DNA of 64,000 nucleotides, from contig JAGVWJ010000008.1 of NCBI GenBank assembly GCA_018304385.1, positions 32,308-96,307 on the forward strand, given 5' to 3'. Shown piece by piece: positions 55,315-64,000 of the stretch. A program made the position numbers and the translations under genes. Under the pieces are notes generated by a model. It searched no databases, was not told the DNA's origin, and was given only the letters and a program-made list of their open reading frames with translations. This DNA comes from Candidatus Micrarchaeota archaeon. Its GTDB lineage: Archaea > Micrarchaeota > Micrarchaeia > Anstonellales > Bilamarchaeaceae. Positions within the stretch are counted from its first letter, which is position 1. The number at the start of each line of letters is the position of its first letter.

Positions 55315-58185
55315 ATGCGCATCGAAATAGCTAAGTTACTTATTTTTGCGATTTTGTTAATTGGAATTAGTTTTTCTGTTACTATTTTTACTGTTAGAGA
55401 AGCGGAATTAGCTAGTGGAACACTTACAATTCAAACCTCAGTAAGCTGTCCAACCGGTGATCTAAAAATCAAGGTAACAAGCAGGCTTCCTGTAATGGAT
55501 GCATACTTAACATTACTTGATAGTACTGGCAATATTCTTGCAATTAAAAAAACAGGATCTAATGGAGAAACAGTTTTTACAGGATTATCAATAGGCACTT
55601 ATTACATTAAAGCGGCAAAGGATAATTATTACTCTACTACTGAAACAATAAATTACGGTAGCGGATCGCTATTTTGTAGAAGATTATTAGCTGCTGGAAC
55701 AATTACTAGAACGCCTTTGCCAACTACTAAACTAAATATAACTGAAGTAATACGTAAAACAACCATAAAATCTACTAGTCCAGAACCTGCGCCTGCACCA
55801 ACCAAGAAACCGACTCCAACACCTGCGCCAGTACGAAAAACTACAGATACAAGTACAATTAAAAGAACTGTTCCAACACCGACTCCTAGCCCTACCCCAG
55901 CCCCAGTAGATATAACGAAAATAACTCCAAAAATAACACAAACCCCGAGCCCTTCACCTCAGCCTAGCTCACAACCAATTGTAAAAAGAGAAATACCAAA
56001 AACAGATACAACCGTTGTACGCAGAGCACCTACTACGGATACTACTTCAAACAAAAGAACGCCAGTTACTGAAACACCAACAAACATTCCTGATATACCA
56101 AGACCAACTCTAACAGAAATAAAACCATTAACAATAGATACAGGAATCCAATGTCCAAAAGGGGAATTAGAAGTTAAAGTAACAAGTATTGGGGATAGTG
56201 TAAGCGAAGTAGAAGTTACCATATCTAAAAAGATTGCTGGCACTGCTATATCTGTCCCAAAAAGTACAAAAACAACATCAAATAGCAAAGTGATTTTCAC
56301 TAAATCTGAAGCTGACCTTGCAGAAGGCAACTCTTATTTAATAAAAGCAAAGGGCAGTGGTTACACAACCCAACAAACAACAATAAGTTATGGTAGCGGT
56401 GATCTTTACTGCGCTCCAGAAATAAGCGATGTAATAAAAGAAGTAACACGAAAACCTGTTCCAACTGATACAGGGATAACAGAAATGCCAAGAACTCCAA
56501 CTACAGAAGAACCTATAACTGATACCACTACAGAAACAACAGTACCAGTGCGGCCAGTAATTAGGGGAAATTTAAATATTGAAACAACTACTACTTGTAA
56601 AGAAATAACTACTCAAAGTTCTTCTGGTTTAACAGTTTCTAGATCAACCACAACATTAGTGCCAGAAAAATTAATAGTTACTGTAAAAGATGGCACTGGT
56701 AAAACAGTAAGAGATGCAAGTGTTCAGGTTGACTCACAAACTGGAACTACTGGCAGCTCTGGTGAAGCTATATTTAATGAAATAGCCGAAGGTTCGTATA
56801 CAATAATCGCAACAAAAACAGATTATACTACTGCAACTAAAACAATAGATTATGATAAGACATTATGTCCTGCGGGAACAGTAGAAGGAACAACTGAGAA
56901 AAAATTATCTATTGTAGATAAGGTAGACTGCAAGAGCAACCTCCTCTTAATTACAGTTACTGATGAAAATCAAGAACCTGTTGATGGCGCAACAGTTAGA
57001 ATACCAAATCTTAAAACACAAAAAACAGATGAAAAAGGTCAGGTAATTTATAATGATTTAAAAGTTGGCAACGTGTACAGTGCATCTGCATCAAAACAAA
57101 CAAGAGATATAAAATATATCGGAGCTAGTAAAACAATAAAATACGAATGTGGAATTGAGACAATAGAAGAAGTTGGAGAAAAAGAAGAAATAACTATTGA
57201 AGAAGATGTATTTTGTCCTGGGGAACATTTAATAATTAAAGTATTAGAAGGAAGAAAAGAAAAAATTCCATTAGATGATGTAATTGTAGATGTAACATCA
57301 AGCGAGGTTCCAGAATTGGTAATAAGTAGAACCACTGCAGATGGACAAACAATTTTCTCAGAGCTTGAACCTGGCAATTACCTAGTAAAAGTTAAAACAG
57401 TAACAGGCCAAACAGATGAGAAAAAAATAAATTATGGTAGCGGAAAATTATCGTGCGAACGTGGAAGATCAGAAGAGATAACTGATGAAATACCAGAAGA
57501 AGATGAAATAGAATCAATAGATGAAGAAATAATTGATGAGGAATATATTGATGAGACAACAGATGATGTTGACGAAACGATATCAGATGATAGCGGAAGA
57601 GGGGGTCATGACAATGTTCGAGGGGATGAAGAACGAGGACCTGATAGGGAAAGGGGGCCAGATGGAGAAAGAAGAGGTGAAGACGATACAGAATTACCGC
57701 CTTCCCCAGAAACAATTACTCCAATAGCACCTAAGCCAATTTCAACTACGCCACAACCAGCAAGCCCAGAGGTACAAGCAAGATATAATCTAGTGGTTGA
57801 GCCACTTGGAAACCAATATATCGTAACTGCACTTAAAGATAAACAACCATGTCTAAACTGCCAGGTTATTGTAAAATTTGCAAGTGGGGAGGAACAAAAA
57901 CTAAAGACTGATGAAAATGGAAAACTAAAAATCCCAGCAAATAAAGGCTCTTATGAACTACAATTATTAACAGATGACAATCGTATAGCAAATAGCAGAA
58001 CAGTATCCGCAGAATTAAAAACTGACGATAGCGGGCTTGGTGTTAAACCATTTTTAAATTTCAGTGATCCTGCGACCAGGAATACTAGTTTAATTGTAAT
58101 TATCGGAGTGATAGTACTTGTAACAGTTTATCTTCTACTACGTGGCAGAGGACAAAAGAAAGAGGAGGTTCTGGATAATTTATAA
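55315..58185 (+). CDS. Large surface protein with Cys-containing Ig-like/carboxypeptidase-regulatory-like repeats, P/T and acidic linkers, C-terminal TM
   Basis: Signal peptide; repeated T...G...F..L..G.Y.I.A.K..Y modules; terminal hydrophobic helix and basic tail. Confidence 0.85.
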   Translation: MRIEIAKLLIFAILLIGISFSVTIFTVREAELASGTLTIQTSVSCPTGDLKIKVTSRLPVMDAYLTLLDSTGNILAIKKTGSNGETVFTGLSIGTYYIKAAKDNYYSTTETINYGSGSLFCRRLLAAGTITRTPLPTTKLNITEVIRKTTIKSTSPEPAPAPTKKPTPTPAPVRKTTDTSTIKRTVPTPTPSPTPAPVDITKITPKITQTPSPSPQPSSQPIVKREIPKTDTTVVRRAPTTDTTSNKRTPVTETPTNIPDIPRPTLTEIKPLTIDTGIQCPKGELEVKVTSIGDSVSEVEVTISKKIAGTAISVPKSTKTTSNSKVIFTKSEADLAEGNSYLIKAKGSGYTTQQTTISYGSGDLYCAPEISDVIKEVTRKPVPTDTGITEMPRTPTTEEPITDTTTETTVPVRPVIRGNLNIETTTTCKEITTQSSSGLTVSRSTTTLVPEKLIVTVKDGTGKTVRDASVQVDSQTGTTGSSGEAIFNEIAEGSYTIIATKTDYTTATKTIDYDKTLCPAGTVEGTTEKKLSIVDKVDCKSNLLLITVTDENQEPVDGATVRIPNLKTQKTDEKGQVIYNDLKVGNVYSASASKQTRDIKYIGASKTIKYECGIETIEEVGEKEEITIEEDVFCPGEHLIIKVLEGRKEKIPLDDVIVDVTSSEVPELVISRTTADGQTIFSELEPGNYLVKVKTVTGQTDEKKINYGSGKLSCERGRSEEITDEIPEEDEIESIDEEIIDEEYIDETTDDVDETISDDSGRGGHDNVRGDEERGPDRERGPDGERRGEDDTELPPSPETITPIAPKPISTTPQPASPEVQARYNLVVEPLGNQYIVTALKDKQPCLNCQVIVKFASGEEQKLKTDENGKLKIPANKGSYELQLLTDDNRIANSRTVSAELKTDDSGLGVKPFLNFSDPATRNTSLIVIIGVIVLVTVYLLLRGRGQKKEEVLDNL

Positions 58186-58209
58186 ATATTAATAAACAAA
58201 GCATATCTT

Positions 58210-61200
58210 ATGCGTATTGAGATAAAACTGTTTTTATTTGCGATTTTGTTAGTTGGAATTAGTTTTTCTGTTACTATTTTTACTGTTAAGACAGTTGATT
58301 TTGCTACAACTGGAACCGTAACAAGTCAATCATCTCTAAATATTCAGTCATCGATAACCTGCCCTAATGGTAATTTAGAAATTAAAGTAACTAGCAGACT
58401 ACCTGTAATGGATGCTAGTGTTAAATTAATTGATAGCAAAGGAAATGTTTTTGTAACTAAAAAAACAGGTGCTGATGGCAAGACAACATTCACTGATTTG
58501 CCAATGGATACATACACTGTAAAGGTTTCTAAAACAAAGTATAGCCCTATTGAAACAAAAATAAATTATGGGAGCGGAACACTTTCTTGTAGAAGATTAA
58601 CTGGTGCTGGAAGAACACCTAGGATAACCACATCTGATAATATATTACAAATCAAATCCTCCAGCTGTTCTGTAGATGGAAAGCTTAAACTTACAGTGAC
58701 TAAAGGGACTGGAGGCCTTGCCATTCAAAATGCAGCGGTTTTTCTCTACAGAAAACCAGGTAGTGCATGTAATTTTGAATCAATTAATCAACATGCGATG
58801 TACTTAACAAATGCAAATGGAGAGGTAACATTTTCTGGTTTAACCTTAGGTAATAATTATTGTGCAAAAGCAACAAAAACTGGATATACTGGAGATGAAG
58901 AAACAATACCTTGTATAGCAGTAGTTGAGGATAAATTAGAAATAGAAGCCTCCAGCTGTTCTGAAAATAGAGATATTAAAATTAAAGTAACTGGAATTAC
59001 AGGAGGTTCTGCTATTTCAGGTGCGCGGGTTTCTCTTTATAGCAAAACAGATGGTGTCTGTCAATATAGCAGAACTGCTCAACATCAAAATACAAATGCA
59101 AATGGAGAGGTAACATTTACAGATTTAACATTCGGCAATAATTATTGTGCAAAAGCAACAAAAACTGGATATACTGGAGATGAAGAAACAGTAGCATGCG
59201 AACAAACTTTAGCTGTTCCTGAGCCAACTACAAGTGGTAGTACAACTTCAACAACGCCCCCTCCGTCTTCTACTTCATCAACATCAACAAATCGAGCGAT
59301 GATTAGACCAGTAACATCAATACCACTTAAACCATTATCAATAGAAGAATCAATTAGCTGCCCAAGCAAAAATCTTATAATAGAAACAAAAAGCGATGGC
59401 ACAGTAGTTCCTAATGTAAATGTTAAACTATCTAGAAAATTAAGTGACGGTACGTGCGTCCCACCAACTACTACTAAAACAACTGGTACTGACGGAAAGG
59501 CGATCTTTGTAAACCCAGGCGAGGTAAGTACTACTAGTAATTATTGTATAAATGCAACAAAAGCAGGTTATCAACTTGCCGGTAAGACAATTAGTTATGG
59601 AAGCGAAAGCCTAGTATGTTCAATATCCCCCTTAACTATCAGAGAATCAGTAGAATGTCCAAGTAAAGATCTTATAATCGAGACAACGAGTGATGGAAAC
59701 GCAATTCCTGGTGTAACTGTTAAAATATTTGAAATATTGATGCCTGGTAGACTCGGCCCACCAATTGAGAAAATAACTGGCGGAAATGGGAAGGCAACCT
59801 TTGTAAATTCAGAGGATATATTTCGTGATGGCGATTACCGTATAAGAACAACTAAGGTAGGATATACTGAAGCTGATAAAACAATTACCTATGGAAGCGG
59901 GGGTTTATACTGCGAAATACCATCTCCAACTATGAACATTCAAACAACTCCCAGTTGCTCGACTAATGGACTTACAATTACGATAACTGATATGAGAACT
60001 GCTGAGATCATACCAACTGCAACAGTTAGCTTATCTAAAAAAACCGATGAATGTAGATACTCGACAATATATCTAGTTGGTGGAATACCAAAACTAACCT
60101 CACCTAGCGGTACAGTAAGCTACAGTGGATTAGAAGCTGGCGCTACTTACTGTATAAAGGCAACAAAAACAAGTTATGAAGAAGCTAAAAAAGAATTAAA
60201 TTATTGTACTGCTCTGTCAACTCCACCTCCGGTAACCGAACCTGGCCCAACTACTGTGCCAACAGCACCGACTCCTGAACCACCCGGGGTTGTAAGAACA
60301 TTATCAATAAGATCAGAGATTAAATGTACTGGCAATGCAAACAGAGATCTCATAATAAACGTACTGAGTGGATCAACACCAATTAGCAGCGCAACAGTCG
60401 GGTTATATAAAAAACCAGGTAGCTCATGTGATTTTTCTGGAACTAATTTTATTGCTAGACATGTAACTGGAAGTGATGGAAAAGCAAGATTTCCAGATAT
60501 GGTTGCTGGAAACTATTGCACAAAAGCAGAAAAAACAGGATATGTAACTGCACAACAAACACTAAATTATGCTGCTGAAGAACTTATTTGCTCTTTGCCA
60601 ACCCGTCCATCTAGATTATACATAGAACCAAATGATGCCAAATGCCCAGATCTGCTTACAATTACAGTTAAAAATGACACTAGTAAGGTAAGCGCTGCAA
60701 ATGTTCAATTAACTTCAAGTGCTGGTTTGCGCCGAGTTAGAGTTACAAACACATATGGACAAGTAGATTTCTACGATTTACCATTAGGGGCTTATGAAGC
60801 AACTATTACCAAATCAGATCATGATACTTTAAGTAGAACAATAAAATTTGAATGCGAAAGACCGCCTAGACCTCCAGAAATAACTGGCGTAGAAACGCCA
60901 CCAGTATATATTGAATATTGGGTATCCTGTCCAGATAACAATTTAATGATTAGAGTAACTGGTGGAACAGAAATAAAACCAATAAATGGTGCAAACGTAG
61001 AACTATTGAAAGCATCAACCGAAAGCTCAACCGGATGTGATGAAAGTTTCATAACGTCTCAAACAACATCTGGCGGAGATGATTCACGCGCTGTTTTTTC
61101 AGGTCTTGAAACAGGTAGCTACTGTGTGAGGGCAAAGGTATATGGAAGAACTACTGAAATAAAAATAAATTATGGAACTGATGATCTACTATGCCCTGCT

Positions 61201-61905
61201 GAAATACCAATTACTGTTCCAACTACAACTGAACCACCTAGTCCAGTATCAACTCCTCCTGGACCAACAGGATCATCAGGAACTCCAACGCCAGCACCTT
61301 CTCCAACTCCTGAGCCAACTCCTGCACCTGGCCCAGAACCTGCACCCGTTCCTACACCATCACCAGAACCTGCTCCTAGCCCTTCACCATCTCCAAGTCC
61401 ATCACCTTCGCCAGCTCCGCCCCCACCACCTGAACAACCAGTAGTATTTGATTTAGTAACCCAACCAAGCAATAATGTTGGAAGTGAGCACACTGCAACA
61501 GCAATGAAATCTGGCACACCCTGTATTGGGTGCACGGTTTTGGTAAAAGATCCAGACGGAAAAGAACAGGTACTAAAAACAAATGACAAAGGAGAAATAA
61601 AATTCCCATTAGGTAATAAAGGATCTTATGAATTACAATTATTAGAAAATAACGAGGTAGTAACAAGCAAGAATGTTAATGCTGAGTTGAAACTAGAAGG
61701 AGAAGATTTAACAGACAAAGGAGGATTTGTTCTAAGCGATACAATAAAAATTATTGGTATTAGCATTTTAGCTTTAGTTACATTGTTATATCTTTGGCAT
61801 CTTCACAGCAAAGGAAAAGGAAAAAAGGCAGAAAAGAAACCAAAAGAACCAGAAACTAATGACATGATTAAAAAAGACGACATAATGCATCTGCCTACAA
61901 AATGA
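58210..61905 (+). CDS. Large surface protein, tandem paralog of 55315..58185
   Basis: Near-identical signal peptide and first module; YC-containing repeats; PSP linker; C-terminal TM. Confidence 0.85.
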   Translation: MRIEIKLFLFAILLVGISFSVTIFTVKTVDFATTGTVTSQSSLNIQSSITCPNGNLEIKVTSRLPVMDASVKLIDSKGNVFVTKKTGADGKTTFTDLPMDTYTVKVSKTKYSPIETKINYGSGTLSCRRLTGAGRTPRITTSDNILQIKSSSCSVDGKLKLTVTKGTGGLAIQNAAVFLYRKPGSACNFESINQHAMYLTNANGEVTFSGLTLGNNYCAKATKTGYTGDEETIPCIAVVEDKLEIEASSCSENRDIKIKVTGITGGSAISGARVSLYSKTDGVCQYSRTAQHQNTNANGEVTFTDLTFGNNYCAKATKTGYTGDEETVACEQTLAVPEPTTSGSTTSTTPPPSSTSSTSTNRAMIRPVTSIPLKPLSIEESISCPSKNLIIETKSDGTVVPNVNVKLSRKLSDGTCVPPTTTKTTGTDGKAIFVNPGEVSTTSNYCINATKAGYQLAGKTISYGSESLVCSISPLTIRESVECPSKDLIIETTSDGNAIPGVTVKIFEILMPGRLGPPIEKITGGNGKATFVNSEDIFRDGDYRIRTTKVGYTEADKTITYGSGGLYCEIPSPTMNIQTTPSCSTNGLTITITDMRTAEIIPTATVSLSKKTDECRYSTIYLVGGIPKLTSPSGTVSYSGLEAGATYCIKATKTSYEEAKKELNYCTALSTPPPVTEPGPTTVPTAPTPEPPGVVRTLSIRSEIKCTGNANRDLIINVLSGSTPISSATVGLYKKPGSSCDFSGTNFIARHVTGSDGKARFPDMVAGNYCTKAEKTGYVTAQQTLNYAAEELICSLPTRPSRLYIEPNDAKCPDLLTITVKNDTSKVSAANVQLTSSAGLRRVRVTNTYGQVDFYDLPLGAYEATITKSDHDTLSRTIKFECERPPRPPEITGVETPPVYIEYWVSCPDNNLMIRVTGGTEIKPINGANVELLKASTESSTGCDESFITSQTTSGGDDSRAVFSGLETGSYCVRAKVYGRTTEIKINYGTDDLLCPAEIPITVPTTTEPPSPVSTPPGPTGSSGTPTPAPSPTPEPTPAPGPEPAPVPTPSPEPAPSPSPSPSPSPSPAPPPPPEQPVVFDLVTQPSNNVGSEHTATAMKSGTPCIGCTVLVKDPDGKEQVLKTNDKGEIKFPLGNKGSYELQLLENNEVVTSKNVNAELKLEGEDLTDKGGFVLSDTIKIIGISILALVTLLYLWHLHSKGKGKKAEKKPKEPETNDMIKKDDIMHLPTK
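58810..59190. repeat. Recent intragenic module duplication
   Basis: aataattattgtgcaaaagcaacaaaaactggatatactggagatgaagaaaca and aatgcaaatggagaggtaacatt each occur twice, ~285 bp apart. Confidence 0.85.
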
Positions 61906-61933
61906 TTATATACTTGTCCATAGAGACAATTAT

Positions 61934-62455
61934 ATGAACGAACGCACGAAAGGTATTCTACATATTCTTCTAGCAATAATTATTATCGCGCTAGTTTTTG
62001 CATTTAGCAATCAGCTTGAGCAGTTTAAAGAATATGGTTACTTCGGCGTGTTTATTGTTTCTGCAGTTTCCGCAGCAACTATTTTTATACCTGCGCCAGG
62101 CTGGGCAATTGTTTTTGCAATGGCAAAATTCCTAGATCCAATTGGTCTTGGAATAGCAGCTGGTGTAGGTTCTGCTATTGGTGAAATTACTGGATATGTA
62201 GCAGGGCAGGGTGCATCACAGGTTATTCATGCAAATAAGCATTTCAAAAAATTTAAGGATTGGATAAAAAAGAATGATCTGGTTGCAATCTTTGTACTTG
62301 CAGCAATACCAAATCCTATATTTGATGTTGCTGGTATCGCAGCAGGCAGCCTAAACATAAAATGGTGGAGATTTCTAATTGCTACAGCACTCGGTAGGAC
62401 ATTACGCTACGCTGCGCTTGCTTATTTTGGTGCGTTTTCTTTGCAATTGATTTAA
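61934..62455 (+). CDS. DedA/VTT-family membrane protein
   Basis: GSAIGE..GY..G, IPNPIFD..GI.AG, GR..RY. Confidence 0.88.
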   Translation: MNERTKGILHILLAIIIIALVFAFSNQLEQFKEYGYFGVFIVSAVSAATIFIPAPGWAIVFAMAKFLDPIGLGIAAGVGSAIGEITGYVAGQGASQVIHANKHFKKFKDWIKKNDLVAIFVLAAIPNPIFDVAGIAAGSLNIKWWRFLIATALGRTLRYAALAYFGAFSLQLI

Positions 62456-63523
62456 TTAAAAGTCTGCTTTTTTCGGGACTTTATCTTTTACCTTACTTGG
62501 CACAAAAAGTATTTCTCCTTTTGTCTCTGGCTCTTCATCTTTACCATATGCACTGTATAACATTAACGCCACTAGGGAAGCTGTAGCAGCTATGGCATAA
62601 ACTGCAATTAACTGTTCGCTAGTGGGTCCTCCACGAATGCCAGAATAGAAGTCCTTTATGATTTCTTTAGCGCTTCCATCTTTAATTGATGCTAGAGCCC
62701 TGGTAAACACACTTTTTGCCTCTTTTACTAAATCTGGTTTAATGTCTTTTATGTCTGAGGCCCCACCAATCAATCCAACGATCTTACTAAATTCTTGAAC
62801 TGCCCCCCTAAGTTCTGAAATGGCACTGCTGATTTTCCTTTTTTCTGCAGCTACTCTGTGTTCAAGAGCCTTAAACATTGTAGTGTAATCTTTTCCATAT
62901 CCTTTTCTCTCGGCTAATGCCTCAAGTCTTCGTTCAGCATCGCGGGCACCCTGTTCAGTAGGAAAAGTACCGACTTTCTTTGCTGTATCTCTTACACCTG
63001 CATTACCCAACGGAGATAATCCTTGTTCCTGACGACGTTGAGTACGTGCTGCGACCTTACTAGGAAAATCCTTACTTTTCAAAAATTTTTCATAGTCCTC
63101 AACAGCAGAGTTGCTAATCCCCATTCTATTCCGAACTTTTTCACTAGCCCTAACTAACTCACTGTCAAGTCTCGCTATTCGCTCCTCAACCCTTCGTATA
63201 TTACCTTCTGCTTCTTTTTTTAATTCAACCAATGCGTTATTCAATGCATTAGTTACATTAGCTAAGGCTGCTGTTTTATCCTTACGGCCTGCAATATAAC
63301 CTGCAAGTAATTTTATTATATTAGCGTCATGTATTGCTACTGAATTCCTAAACGATGCTTCAACTGGGATACCCTCTCCTTTAAATTTTCCTGAAAGCAG
63401 CTCTTTAAATTTTGCAGTTAAGGTTTGCACATCATATATACGCCTTCCTTCAATAAAATAATCAATTGGTTTTTTCGGAATTGATTTTTCTCCTTTTCCA
63501 AAAGCGATTTGAAATACTATCAT
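62456..63523 (-). CDS. Coiled-coil hypothetical protein with C-terminal TM helix
   Basis: GGTGAT SD before ATG 63523; heptad-like helices; hydrophobic span near the C-terminus. Confidence 0.65.
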   Translation of the reverse strand: MIVFQIAFGKGEKSIPKKPIDYFIEGRRIYDVQTLTAKFKELLSGKFKGEGIPVEASFRNSVAIHDANIIKLLAGYIAGRKDKTAALANVTNALNNALVELKKEAEGNIRRVEERIARLDSELVRASEKVRNRMGISNSAVEDYEKFLKSKDFPSKVAARTQRRQEQGLSPLGNAGVRDTAKKVGTFPTEQGARDAERRLEALAERKGYGKDYTTMFKALEHRVAAEKRKISSAISELRGAVQEFSKIVGLIGGASDIKDIKPDLVKEAKSVFTRALASIKDGSAKEIIKDFYSGIRGGPTSEQLIAVYAIAATASLVALMLYSAYGKDEEPETKGEILFVPSKVKDKVPKKADF

Positions 63524-63593
63524 AACATCACCATTAATGATTAGTGTTATATTGCATTTATATTTATTACGTAACACTTATACTATAGATTCC

Positions 63594-64000
63594 ATGGCAC
63601 AAAAAATGAACAATTTTGAAGAATTCGCATTGAAAAATCACATTGTCGCAGCAGAGCAGGATCTATTAGTTACAGCACCTATACGCGCGAATCTTAAACC
63701 ATTCCAAGATGAAAGAGGCTGGGCAAGAGTGCTTAATGCGCATGAAAGAATAGAAGAAAAGGTAAATAGAATAAGAGAGTTTATTGCAACTACTGAGATT
63801 GATCCTGCACTACTAAAAAGATGCCAGGCAGTTATAAAAGGATATGAAGAAGTGCTAGCATGGGAGAGAAGCACAGCATATAAATTTTCTCTAGACCCAA
63901 GCAACCGTGCTTCATTCATTGAATTTTTTAGGGTGGAAAGCGCATTAAGAAAGGTTGAACAGGCATTGCTATCAAGAGAACATGTATATAATAAAGCTGG
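63594..64000 (+). CDS. Hypothetical protein, truncated by the window edge
   Basis: Open frame MAQKMNNFEEFALKNH... with no stop before 64000. Confidence 0.6.
   Translation, partial: MAQKMNNFEEFALKNHIVAAEQDLLVTAPIRANLKPFQDERGWARVLNAHERIEEKVNRIREFIATTEIDPALLKRCQAVIKGYEEVLAWERSTAYKFSLDPSNRASFIEFFRVESALRKVEQALLSREHVYNKA

Noticed and set aside
55780-61440. Pro/Thr/Ser tandem-like DNA in surface proteins and the serpin stalk
   Set aside because: Explained by low-complexity protein linkers, not independent DNA repeats
1-64000. CRISPR array, rRNA, transposase, integrase, DGR template or RT
   Set aside because: No regularly spaced repeat-spacer units and no recognisable motifs found by eye
1-64000. 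Numerous 60-160 aa ORFs overlapping larger genes
   Set aside because: Shadow frames of well-supported genes, with no motifs or independent promoter space

Overview
AT-rich archaeal chromosome segment. Markers are PolD DP1/DP2, rpl1-rpl10(P0)-rpl12, rpl41e, rps10, membrane LonB, R15P isomerase and UPF0147; it looks DPANN-like, most like Micrarchaeota, but that is inference only. Housekeeping blocks (ribosomal proteins, glycine cleavage/lipoylation, PolD, CysRS, folate/purine, DRG, LonB) are repeatedly interrupted by one- or two-gene accessory inserts: Hanks kinases, M23-like, PRTase-like, transglutaminase-like, trypsin-like, HicBA, Fic/Doc and large Cys-stapled surface proteins. Highlights not in the ORF track: (1) a tRNA-Arg(UCU) with three introns and a tRNA-Ala(UGC), 27 kb apart, sharing a homologous, covarying, highly structured 177-nt T-loop intron; (2) a gene whose 3' end looks like a DGR variable region; (3) three unrelated secreted proteins sharing an M[KR]LNY leader; (4) a three-copy ~100-bp element with a covarying hairpin; (5) a Fic/Doc cassette flanked by a 22-bp duplication of the lonB 3' end; (6) a Ser-initiated mini-intein in LonB. 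Several local lesions (DP1, M23 pair, HEAT gene) may be assembly artefacts. No rRNA, CRISPR array, transposase, integrase or reverse transcriptase was recognised.
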